Shown in pieces: positions 17,855 through 26,235 of a stretch of DNA of 56,268 nt. The position numbers and the translations under genes were made by a program. The stretch comes from a virus (Duplodnaviria; Caudoviricetes): positions 1 to 56,268 of the IMG/VR virus record IMGVR_UViG_3300036832_001266. One strand, 5' to 3'. The notes under the pieces are model-generated. The model was not told where the DNA came from, did not search any database, and saw nothing but the letters and a program-made list of their open reading frames with translations. The first letter of the stretch is position 1. Each line of letters begins with the position of its first letter.

Positions 17855-19695
17855 GTGTTTTGTACCCAGAGCGCAGTAACATTGAGGGTCGTGACTGCCG
17901 TGCCACACGTCGCTGTCCAATTGCTGGCAGCTGTCGCCTGTGGAATTGCGCTATCGACCGACAACATGAACCCGCGAGTATCACCGGCTGGCACTTCTAG
18001 CACTGCCCGTGTCGTACCAACGGTAGCATCCTTGATCGTTACTAAAGTAGCCGTTGCGCTGTTGTTGGCTAGGATTAGACCGTAGAGATCGTTGAAAACG
18101 CCGGCCGCACCTGCAGCAATGATCGTGGTCTCGGTATTGACCGTGATCGCCGTCTGGGTGACACCCTTGAGAATACGGATTGCCCCGACCGTTACCAGCT
18201 TGCCGAGCTTGTCAGCGATGAGGTTCACCCGCTGACCGTCAGTCACCGCCGTTGGATTAGCAGTGTGGCCCACGGCGCCGATTTTGATGGGATTGCCAGA
18301 ATCGGTTGCACCAGCAGCGATATTGCCAACGACCGGACCAATATAATCGCTAGCCGGAACCACCGGCGAACTGTTCGCCATCGTGGCCTGGCCGTTGAGG
18401 TTCTGCGAGTTCGGAGAGATCGCGACAACAAGTGCTGCGTCGGTATTAAGCGGGGTTGTAGTTTTGAACACACCGTAGTTTGTTCCATCCCAAAGCTTCA
18501 ACGCAGCCGAATTTGGTGATAACGAAGTAACCAAGGCCGGATCAGCTGGTACTGGATTAGCAGTGGCTGCCTTGACGGCAGCGGTATTGCCGCCTTGTGC
18601 AATCGAAACGGGGTTCGACGGCGAATTAGGAGAGAGTGTCACAACCAACGCCGGATCAGTCGCAACCGGCGCCGTGCTCGCGGCCTTAACAGCCGCGGTG
18701 TTGCCGCCCTGTAGGATTGCAACCGAACCACTTGAGACTGTGATCGCTCCGCTGATCGGCTGCGTCACAGCAGAATTATCAACCCGAAGCGCACCTGTAG
18801 TCGTGAGCGACAACGGGCTGATCAGACCAGCGCTATAGGCTGGAGCAGCGGTCGTCACGCTGCCGGCCACCATCTGCTCTTGAACTGCTCCAAGCGCCGT
18901 ACCAGGAGCAACCAGCGACGCACGGATGGCGGCAAGATTGCCGCCAGTCTCCAGAGCCAGCGCTCCAGCGGCCCCGATGTTGGCTGTGACCGTGCCAGAA
19001 ACAGTCACCGACCCCGCAATAGAGACCGGTTGGGTGACAGTAGAACCATCAACTCTCAGCGCGCCCCCTGCCGACACAACTGCAGTGTTACCGCCCTGTG
19101 CGATTGAAACCGAGCTGGCAAGCGTCGGAGAATTGGGCGAGATCGCCACGACCAGTGCGGGATCGCTCGTAAGCGGCGCGCTTGAGGCTCCCTTGACTGT
19201 AGCAGTGTTGCCGCCTTGGGCGATCGCAACGGAGCTGGCAAGCGTCGGCGAGTTGGGTGAGATTGCCACGACCAGCGCAGGATCAGCGGCAACGGGCGCA
19301 GTCGAAGGCGCTTTGACGCTCGCAGTATTGGCGCCCTGCGCAATTGAAACCGAGCCTAGCGTAAGTGCCGAATTTGGCGAGATCGCCACCACCAGCGCCG
19401 GATCGGACGCAACCGGACCAATCGACGGCGGCTTAACGGCTGCGGTATTGGCGCCCTGAATAACCGACACGCCGCCGCTTACGGTGACCGTTCCAGAAAA
19501 CGAGACCGGCTGGATAACGCTGCTGCCGTCAACCTTGAGCGCATTCGTCGGCGTGATGGCGGCAACATTGGCGCCAGCCAAGCCGTCGACGATGACGTGC
19601 GCCCAAGTTTTGGACGGCGTAGGAACATTCAGAACCTGGATCGGGACGGCAGTGCCGGTGCCGTCGAGGACAGTAAAAGTTTCGAGTGCCATCAC
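17851..19695 (-). CDS. Repeat-rich fibre-like structural protein
   Basis: 614 aa with recurring ~40-aa unit VSIAQGGNTAxVKxxSxAPVxxDPALVVAISPNS. Confidence 0.75.
   Translation of the reverse strand: MMALETFTVLDGTGTAVPIQVLNVPTPSKTWAHVIVDGLAGANVAAITPTNALKVDGSSVIQPVSFSGTVTVSGGVSVIQGANTAAVKPPSIGPVASDPALVVAISPNSALTLGSVSIAQGANTASVKAPSTAPVAADPALVVAISPNSPTLASSVAIAQGGNTATVKGASSAPLTSDPALVVAISPNSPTLASSVSIAQGGNTAVVSAGGALRVDGSTVTQPVSIAGSVTVSGTVTANIGAAGALALETGGNLAAIRASLVAPGTALGAVQEQMVAGSVTTAAPAYSAGLISPLSLTTTGALRVDNSAVTQPISGAITVSSGSVAILQGGNTAAVKAASTAPVATDPALVVTLSPNSPSNPVSIAQGGNTAAVKAATANPVPADPALVTSLSPNSAALKLWDGTNYGVFKTTTPLNTDAALVVAISPNSQNLNGQATMANSSPVVPASDYIGPVVGNIAAGATDSGNPIKIGAVGHTANPTAVTDGQRVNLIADKLGKLVTVGAIRILKGVTQTAITVNTETTIIAAGAAGVFNDLYGLILANNSATATLVTIKDATVGTTRAVLEVPAGDTRGFMLSVDSAIPQATAASNWTATCGTAVTTLNVTALWVQNT
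18500..19465 (-). repeat. Degenerate ~120-bp coding repeats
   Basis: GAGCTGGCAAGCGTCGG at 19112 and 19232 (120-bp period); about six protein-level copies. Confidence 0.8.
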
Positions 19696-19707
19696 GGTCC
19701 TCCAAGA

Positions 19708-20010
19708 TCAAGGTATCTGCGGCGGTTTGTAGGGCGGCGTGGTCGGCGGGACTTCCTGCGTCTCCGACCGCGGATTGAGGATTGGCGGCGGATCAGCCGG
19801 CACCACGATCGGCCGCAAGGTCGGATTGGGAATGTCGGTGCAGGTCGAGCAGACCAGATATCCGGTCCTGCGTATCTCGCGGCCGCGATACTGCGTATCC
19901 CACTTTAGATCGCGATGATTGTACTGGAAGCCGCAGCGTTCACAGATCGCAAATGCCGCTGGATGCTGCGGATCGAGCTTGGCATGGCCTTTTGGTGCGA
20001 AACCGCCCAT
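19708..20010 (-). CDS. Conserved Zn-ribbon protein of the head-tail region
   Basis: AICERCGFQY...LVCSTC...PILNPRSE. Confidence 0.7.
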   Translation of the reverse strand: MGGFAPKGHAKLDPQHPAAFAICERCGFQYNHRDLKWDTQYRGREIRRTGYLVCSTCTDIPNPTLRPIVVPADPPPILNPRSETQEVPPTTPPYKPPQIP

Positions 20011-20011
20011 T

Positions 20012-20710
20012 TCAGTATGCTGCATCCGTGTAGCCGCCGAGCGCCGGAACGATGCGCAGCGGCGCATTCTCAACGTCGCGCTTCTTGGCCTTGTCGAGGG
20101 CACCGAGCGCGCGCGCCGCCAGCTCTTCCATGCGCGCCGGGGCATAAAGCTCGGCGAGCTTGAACGCCAAGCCGGCAACATAAGCTTCGAGAAAACGGTA
20201 AGGCACCTCGGGCGTCAGGCCGCCTGGCACCGATGCGTCCTGGATTTGCCGCGCACGATAGAAATTCAGCGTATAGGGCTCTTCATCGTTCGGCGGTTGC
20301 CACACCGTGATCGATGGGGTGATCAGATGATCAAACCAATAGACCGTCACCCGCCCCGGCGTCACCTTGTCGGGATAGCTGGCGTAGGTATCGCGATCGA
20401 CCGAGGTGATGATGCGGTCTTTGGGCGGATTGGTTCCGGTCGTGATGTAGGCCGCCATGATCATCACGGTTGCCGGATCGACGTCATAGGTGGCCGTGAA
20501 CGGCTTCAGCACTATGGTCTGCAGATCGACGGTCCAGAGATTGACCTGCTCGTTCGACCAGTCGACCTGCAACAGGTTTGCCGCCATGGCGGCGTCAATG
20601 AGATGATCAATGCCGATAGCGTTGCGACGAACCTGACAGCGCCCGTACGCCGCAAAGACGATGTCAGCGAGGGCTGGGTACCATGCGAAAGTGCCAGTGG
20701 TGCCATTCAT
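20012..20710 (-). CDS. Head-tail adaptor protein
   Basis: NLLQVDWSNEQVNLWTV, YASYPDK..PGR, PYRFLEAYVAGLA motifs. Confidence 0.75.
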   Translation of the reverse strand: MNGTTGTFAWYPALADIVFAAYGRCQVRRNAIGIDHLIDAAMAANLLQVDWSNEQVNLWTVDLQTIVLKPFTATYDVDPATVMIMAAYITTGTNPPKDRIITSVDRDTYASYPDKVTPGRVTVYWFDHLITPSITVWQPPNDEEPYTLNFYRARQIQDASVPGGLTPEVPYRFLEAYVAGLAFKLAELYAPARMEELAARALGALDKAKKRDVENAPLRIVPALGGYTDAAY

Positions 20711-20711
20711 C

Positions 20712-21272
20712 TTAGCTCTGCAATATCTTCCATTCGACCGGCGCGCTCAGCGCCGTGATCGTCAGCAGCAACGCTGTTATCGGACTGCTGTAGGTCGTCT
20801 GCTTTTGCCCAGTCGTGCCGGCCGGTATGGCGGTGTCGTTGATCCAGCGCACGTTCGCCGGCAGCGTGTTCATCACATCGTCGAGCGTGTACTGCAATCC
20901 GTAGGTGCCGGTCCCGGTCGGATTGACAAGGACATCCATCTGGAACGGCTCCTGCATCCAATCGCAGGCATACAGTTGCGGGGCCGGCACCGAAGCAACC
21001 CAGGTCAGATTGAAGGTTGCACCGGTACCGGCGCCATTGGTCGACACCTGGGCCTGCGGGTTTGCCGGCGGCGATTGTCCCGCCGGGATATTGCCTCCAC
21101 TGGTGACCGTGACAGTAGCAACCGCGCTGACCGAAAGCGTCGCGACCGTGAGAACGACACCATTGGCCAGCGTGATGGTGTTACCGACGGCATAGCCGGA
21201 GCCGCCGGCCGCAACAGCAGCCGCGCTCACATTCTGGTTGCCGCCAACAATCTTGTTCTTGATCGTCGCCAT
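20712..21272 (-). CDS. Virion structural protein
   Basis: GGSGYAVG...GAGTGATFNLT module and LQYTLDD motif. Confidence 0.7.
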   Translation of the reverse strand: MATIKNKIVGGNQNVSAAAVAAGGSGYAVGNTITLANGVVLTVATLSVSAVATVTVTSGGNIPAGQSPPANPQAQVSTNGAGTGATFNLTWVASVPAPQLYACDWMQEPFQMDVLVNPTGTGTYGLQYTLDDVMNTLPANVRWINDTAIPAGTTGQKQTTYSSPITALLLTITALSAPVEWKILQS

Positions 21273-21295
21273 CTTACTCTTGCCTTAAACGGTTT

Positions 21296-21384
21296 GGAGA
21301 GGCTGGATCGCTACCCGTGTAAGAGGAGGACTTTGGATAGACCCAGCCTCTCCTGTCCCTGCGCGGCTGGATGTGGCGCAGGGA
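21296..21384 (-). promoter_or_regulatory. Two-stem intergenic RNA structure with alternative pairing
   Basis: On + strand TCCCTGCGC/GCGCAGGGA (9 bp) and GGAGAGGCTGG/CCAGCCTCTCC (11 bp); GGCTGGAT present twice. Confidence 0.5.
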
Positions 21385-21387
21385 AAG

Positions 21388-21942
21388 TCATTCGCCTCCG
21401 ACATCGATGTCCGGATACTTCGCCTTCACCTTACGCTTGATCGTCGCCAGCTCGCCTGGGCCCGCGTGTTGAGCACCGCGTGCGAGCGCATTTCTTGCGC
21501 GGTTTTCGGTATCGATCGGGTAGGAACCGGGGCCTTTTCCCCCGGCCCCCTTGCCTTTGCCGGGCAGCGCGAAATCGCCCGACGGCAGCGCCTTGCGCTG
21601 TGCCGTCGTAATCTTGCCGCCACCACGGTAGCCGCCGGCCGCGGGGTCTCTCGACACGCGATGGACCGTCGTGCTGCGATGACGCATCGGGTCACCATGC
21701 GCAACGTCTCTGACGACGGCGTGAGAAACCCTGCCGCCAACCTGGAATTTCTGTTTCACGGCACCTTCTTCTGGCGCAGTGCGCTCATCTGGGTCCTGGC
21801 GTTCGCCGTAGGCCTTGCTGACCGCACCACCGCGAGCCTTGCGATCGGGGCGATGGCGAGCGGCCGCACCCTCGACGTTGCTTTGAAACGGTGGCGCCTT
21901 TTTCTTCTTCTTGAGGAAAGCTGGAGGAAGTCTGCGTTTCAT
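21388..21942 (-). CDS. Basic head-associated protein with xxGG motifs
   Basis: QRKALPSGDFALPG...YPIDTENRARNALAR domain; KARGG, FQVGG, YRGG. Confidence 0.7.
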   Translation of the reverse strand: MKRRLPPAFLKKKKKAPPFQSNVEGAAARHRPDRKARGGAVSKAYGERQDPDERTAPEEGAVKQKFQVGGRVSHAVVRDVAHGDPMRHRSTTVHRVSRDPAAGGYRGGGKITTAQRKALPSGDFALPGKGKGAGGKGPGSYPIDTENRARNALARGAQHAGPGELATIKRKVKAKYPDIDVGGE

Positions 21943-22178
21943 TTGCGACCTCCCTTCATGAAATGCCCGCGCCGATAGGTCGGCGAGCGATCGGCACGCT
22001 TGCGCGCGGGATCGCCGCTCACCTTGGCATGAAAGGTGTTGGTCGTGATGCGCTTGGGGTTCGGCGGCCAGCGCGGCGGTGTGCCGCCTTTCGCCGGCTC
22101 GGCCGCTTCCCCGATGAAGTCGTCACCGAGGTCACGCGGGGAATTACCGATCGGGCCTCGCGTTGACTGCCGTGCCAT
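21939..22178 (-). CDS. Small basic protein after the major capsid gene
   Basis: 79 aa, GGGGAG RBS, ATGA coupling. Confidence 0.65.
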   Translation of the reverse strand: MARQSTRGPIGNSPRDLGDDFIGEAAEPAKGGTPPRWPPNPKRITTNTFHAKVSGDPARKRADRSPTYRRGHFMKGGRK

Positions 22179-22207
22179 CGGCGTTTCTCCCCGCCTGGGT
22201 ATTGCTC

Positions 22208-23119
22208 TCAGCTCGTCGGGAAGCTGCCGTACACCGCACGCCAGTCGAAGTAGCTGAAGGCGTACCGCTCTCTACCCTTCACCTTCAAATTATCTGTATC
22301 AAAATCGACGTACATATCCATCTCAAACGGAACGCGATCGTAGTAAATTAATCCACGCTTATCCGTTTTGATGAACCACGCGAACGGCGATGTGAGAAAT
22401 TCGTCGACGATGTAGTCGCGTAGTCCGCCGCCAACGTGCTGAATGGCGTTGACGTCGTTGTCGTTGGTTCCAGGGCGAAGATCGGTTCGCAGCAACCGAA
22501 CGATCACTTGCTCCAGCGCTGCCGGCACCAGCACCAGCTCGGCGCGCGCGGCGATCTTGATGTTGCGCTCGTCGACCCAGGTGTTCCTGATGTTGGTCAT
22601 CGCGGTGAGCAGCGTCGACTCGTTGAGATCGACGTCGGCCGACGGCCGGTTGGCAACCACGCCGACATCGATCGGATGGTTGACTGAGAACAGCGCTTGC
22701 TGATCACCACCGACGTTCGGATCGAAGACGGTGCCGACGTTGAAGATGTTGGCGGCGTAGATTTCCTTGGTGACCGCGAACACGTCCTGCAGACCGAGAT
22801 TCGACGGATTAAATTCCGTCTTGTACTGGTTGTCCTCCACGGCATTGCGGGTGATGATGTAACCGAGCGACAGCTCCTTCATTTCCGCCGTGTACAACCA
22901 GCGCTCGCCGGCCTTCTCATCGAAGTAGGTCGACTGCGCCTCCTTCTTCTCGCGCGCCAGCGGCAGGAACGCCATCTGGGTGCGGCGTTCCAGCGCCATC
23001 TTTGATGTGCGCTTCTCGAACAAGCGCGACCACTTCGTCTCGATCTTCTTGTAACGCCCTTCGACCGCGGCCAGGCCGGGGAAAAGTTCGTTTTTGATCG
23101 ATGCCATATCGACAGCCAT
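22208..23119 (-). CDS. Major capsid protein (Mu gpT-like, HK97 fold)
   Basis: LGYIITRNAVEDNQY, ALFSVNHP, LVPAAL, NDVNAI, FLTSPFAWFI, KGRERYAFSYFDWRAVYGS; GAGGAG RBS. Confidence 0.92.
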   Translation of the reverse strand: MAVDMASIKNELFPGLAAVEGRYKKIETKWSRLFEKRTSKMALERRTQMAFLPLAREKKEAQSTYFDEKAGERWLYTAEMKELSLGYIITRNAVEDNQYKTEFNPSNLGLQDVFAVTKEIYAANIFNVGTVFDPNVGGDQQALFSVNHPIDVGVVANRPSADVDLNESTLLTAMTNIRNTWVDERNIKIAARAELVLVPAALEQVIVRLLRTDLRPGTNDNDVNAIQHVGGGLRDYIVDEFLTSPFAWFIKTDKRGLIYYDRVPFEMDMYVDFDTDNLKVKGRERYAFSYFDWRAVYGSFPTS

Positions 23120-23150
23120 AACCTGCTCCTCTCACGATTTCCCTGAACCG

Positions 23151-23732
23151 TTAGATGCCAGCGCCCGGAAGCATGAACATGCTGTTCCAGGACACTTCGA
23201 CGATGTTGTTGGCACTGGTGGCGTCGTAGCCATCGCTGATGTTGACGCCGCCGTTGCCGAGCCGGACGATTCGCCAAGGGGTGGTGGCGGCGACGCCAGC
23301 TGCGCCGAGCGCCCACTTGGAGAAACCGGTGGTCGAGGCGGTGACAACGATGTCGCAGGTGGCACCGACGTCGGCTTGCGTGAACGGGCCGGCCGCGGCC
23401 TGCACCTCGTAGACCACGAACGGATCGGTGATCACGAAGACGTCGATCGGTGCCACACCCAGCGCGCCCGAGCCGGGCCAATAATTGCTCCAGATCGGGT
23501 AGCCGAGCGCGGCGGAAAGGTAGTGGCAACCGATGTAGACACCGGTCACGATATGACCATCGGCGGCGGCAGATGCTTGCACGGTGCCGTCGGCGAGCCG
23601 CGAGACCATATCGCCGCGGTTGAGCGCGCCGACGGTAGGTTGCGCCTTCAAGACGTCGAACTGACCAGAGTAGGCCGCGCCATCAACGCGGCGGATGGGC
23701 CGGAAGCCAAAAGGTGCGACGGTGTTCGCCAT
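23151..23732 (-). CDS. Capsid decoration/cement-like protein
   Basis: MANTVAPFGFRP N-terminus and DPFVVYEVQA, directly upstream of the capsid gene. Confidence 0.7.
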   Translation of the reverse strand: MANTVAPFGFRPIRRVDGAAYSGQFDVLKAQPTVGALNRGDMVSRLADGTVQASAAADGHIVTGVYIGCHYLSAALGYPIWSNYWPGSGALGVAPIDVFVITDPFVVYEVQAAAGPFTQADVGATCDIVVTASTTGFSKWALGAAGVAATTPWRIVRLGNGGVNISDGYDATSANNIVEVSWNSMFMLPGAGI

Positions 23733-23769
23733 AAGCGAAGCTCCCCAGTGGTTAGGGTTGCCGGGCTTT

Positions 23770-23864
23770 GGCGAGCAGCGCCGCTGTCCGTGCGGTTGCG
23801 GATGATGTCAGTATGTCAGCTTCGCCCGAGCAGCGGGCGTAGTCGCACCCGAGCAGCGGGTGCG
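23770..23864 (-). promoter_or_regulatory. Three hairpins with identical G-CUGCU-C loop plus TGACAT repeat in the capsid-gene leader
   Basis: Hairpins at 23844-23864, 23823-23839 and 23770-23782; CTGACATACTGACATCAT at 23819-23802. Confidence 0.7.
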
Positions 23865-23875
23865 CGAGGGGGGCG

Positions 23876-24472
23876 CTAGTCCTCGGGAATGTCGATCGCT
23901 GTACGCACGGTGCGATCAGCGAGCACCATTCGCGGCGCGTGGCCCTCCGGCGTCTGCCCCATGCTTTCACGATTGACACGCATGGCGCGAGTCGCCGCGT
24001 CTATTTCCTCATTTCTGGCGACGACTGTCAACCTCATCGGTCGTTCCATCAGGATCATGTCCTTGACGACGACCGGTCCTGAAGTCCCAGGCGGAGCAAA
24101 ACGGCTGGGAAACATCTCGTGCATGACCTCGCGCCAACCTTGCTCGTGATAGCCCTGCAGCTCGGCGTAATCGCGGCGCCCATAGGTCTCGTAGCGCTTC
24201 CAGTTGAAGTCGATCTCGTTGTCGATGTTGCCCTTGCGCGGATCACCCCGCGTCGGCGCGTAGATGCGGACCAGGTCGGAAATGTCGTAAGGATCGACAT
24301 TGGCCAGGCCGGAACGCGCGCGCGCGCGGGTGAGATCGACGGCGAGGCGCATCGGTGGCCGGAGCTCACGAGCATCACCGTCACGCGGGCCTTCGCGCAG
24401 TCCCTGGATCGGCGGGACCGATTGCGCGTCCTCGCCCCAGTCCGGGGACGACACCCTATCGTTCATGTTCAC
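23876..24472 (-). CDS. Conserved head-module protein
   Basis: FNWKR...QGWREV...DMILMERP; AGGAGG RBS with GTG start. Confidence 0.75.
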   Translation of the reverse strand: MNMNDRVSSPDWGEDAQSVPPIQGLREGPRDGDARELRPPMRLAVDLTRARARSGLANVDPYDISDLVRIYAPTRGDPRKGNIDNEIDFNWKRYETYGRRDYAELQGYHEQGWREVMHEMFPSRFAPPGTSGPVVVKDMILMERPMRLTVVARNEEIDAATRAMRVNRESMGQTPEGHAPRMVLADRTVRTAIDIPED

Positions 24473-24475
24473 CTC

Positions 24476-25477
24476 CTAGGTGATCGGCGTTATGCGCCCT
24501 TGCTTCAGCAGGCTGATGTAATTGTTCACCCATTCCTTGACCGGAACACCCTGCTCCTCGGCCAGACGTCGCATCTTGGCCGTCACCGTAAAGGTGCTCC
24601 CATCGGCGCTGACGCCAGGAATGTTACTACTACCAGGGGCAGCGCCACGCTCGACCGGTGCCGCCATCGTCGGAGCACGCTGCCGTGGAGCTGGTGCTGG
24701 TGCGCCTTCTGCAGCACCATTTCCACCACCGGCTGGACTGATGGCGCTCTCGATGTAGGCAAAATAGCCGGGCGTATCGACGGCGTGGCCGGCGTCGAGC
24801 GCCTGGTCGTGGGCGTCGATGGCAGCGCGCTTGAGGCTACCGTCGCCGCGGATCAGATCGGGGTGCTTGCGCAGAAACGCCTTTGTGGGCTCGGTGCGGT
24901 TGGCAATCGCGCGCTCAAGCGGATCGACTGCCGCGGGAGCCGCCGGACGCTGCAGTGGCTGACGGTGTTGCTGCGTCATCTGCTCGCGCTGGCCGGCGAG
25001 CGCCGCCTTTCTTTCCTCCGCGAGCGAGAGATCGGAATTGAGCTTGCCCATCTTGCGCTGCAACGCCGAGGCGGTCTTGAAATCGCCGTCGGTCATTGCC
25101 TGCTCGTGCTGGGCTTGCATCATATCGAGCTGCTCGGTCAGCGCCACGATCTGGTTGTCATTGGCCAACTCGATGGTCGAGACGCCGCGTTGCTCGGCCG
25201 CCTGAGCATAGCGAATGGCGTTGTCGCGCTCGGCCAATAGGCGCGCGTTCTCGCTGGTGACACGCAGGCGCTCGGCGCGCTCGTTGGCGAGATGCGTTTC
25301 GAGGTCCTTGAGCCCCACCTGCGGAGCCGCCGGCTTTGCCTGCTCCTGTGAAGTACCGGGCGCCGGCACCGGCGGAGGCTTCGCCGGTGCTTTCGCTTGC
25401 GGTTTCTCTGCAGCCTTTGGCTCCTCGTCTTCGAGATCGGCGAGGCTTATTTCCTCATTCTCGTCATCGTCCGCCAT
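24476..25477 (-). CDS. Capsid scaffolding protein (putative)
   Basis: Acidic N-terminus, long coiled coil, DTPGYFAYI, C-terminal RRLAEEQGVPVKEW; position between portal and capsid. Confidence 0.7.
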   Translation of the reverse strand: MADDDENEEISLADLEDEEPKAAEKPQAKAPAKPPPVPAPGTSQEQAKPAAPQVGLKDLETHLANERAERLRVTSENARLLAERDNAIRYAQAAEQRGVSTIELANDNQIVALTEQLDMMQAQHEQAMTDGDFKTASALQRKMGKLNSDLSLAEERKAALAGQREQMTQQHRQPLQRPAAPAAVDPLERAIANRTEPTKAFLRKHPDLIRGDGSLKRAAIDAHDQALDAGHAVDTPGYFAYIESAISPAGGGNGAAEGAPAPAPRQRAPTMAAPVERGAAPGSSNIPGVSADGSTFTVTAKMRRLAEEQGVPVKEWVNNYISLLKQGRITPIT

Positions 25478-25491
25478 GTTCGTGCTCCAGC

Positions 25492-25974
25492 TCAGTAAAC
25501 CAATCGCGGGTCGTCCCATTTCGCCATGATCTGGACATCCCTGAGATAACGGCAATGAACACGATGTACGCTGGATTGCCGGGCATCATGAATATCCCAC
25601 TGGACCCAATCGCCGATTTCGACATTAGCGCCGTGAAAATAGACCTTGAGTTCAGGCTCGTCGACAAAAGCCATGGGCCCTTTAGCGATCACGAGGCCGA
25701 CCTTGCCCTGCCAGGCGGCCTCGTCATGGCTTTTATCGGTGCGGTACCACTTCTGTCCGTTCGACATAATGTCATAGGGCGGCGCGAAGTAGGTCGCGCA
25801 CAAAACCAGGCTTCCCAGGAGGTGACAGCTCGGGGTCCACAGCGCACAGCGATCGAGCAAAAACTGCTTGGGATCGCGGACATACTCGTCGGCCACTTCC
25901 GAATCCGGGTCCTTGCCCCAAGGCGGCTCGGGTGCCTGCTGTATGGTGGTGATCCTGGGGACTTCCAGCATCAA
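25492..25974 (-). CDS. GroES-like co-chaperonin
   Basis: GKVGLVIAKGPMAF...VEIGDWV...RYLRDVQI pattern. Confidence 0.7.
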   Translation of the reverse strand: MMLEVPRITTIQQAPEPPWGKDPDSEVADEYVRDPKQFLLDRCALWTPSCHLLGSLVLCATYFAPPYDIMSNGQKWYRTDKSHDEAAWQGKVGLVIAKGPMAFVDEPELKVYFHGANVEIGDWVQWDIHDARQSSVHRVHCRYLRDVQIMAKWDDPRLVY

Positions 25975-26222
25975 TTTATCCTCGGCGCTTGCTGCCGTTG
26001 CGATTCCTCATCCGCCGTGTTCATGCGGCGGGCGATTTCGCGCATGAGCTTGAGCACCTCCTCGTAGGTAAGAATGCTGCCTTTGGTGAACATGAACGCA
26101 TCCCAGTTCGCGCAACCAAGCACGGTGCGAAAGAGCCCGTGGACGTCCTGCGTGCCGTTGAGACGGCGCAGAATTTCGCGCTCCAGCTGTTGAGCGAAGT
26201 TCAAGTCGTCGCGTTCGAGCAT
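25971..26222 (-). CDS. Small head-module protein (83 aa)
   Basis: MLERDD...CANWDAFMFTKGSI; sits before the GroES-like gene. Confidence 0.6.
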   Translation of the reverse strand: MLERDDLNFAQQLEREILRRLNGTQDVHGLFRTVLGCANWDAFMFTKGSILTYEEVLKLMREIARRMNTADEESQRQQAPRIN

Positions 26223-26235
26223 CAAAGCCAGACCT

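Noticed and set aside
18500-19465. CRISPR-like or DGR-like repeats
   Set aside because: In-frame coding repeats with synonymous variation; no spacers, cas genes or reverse transcriptase
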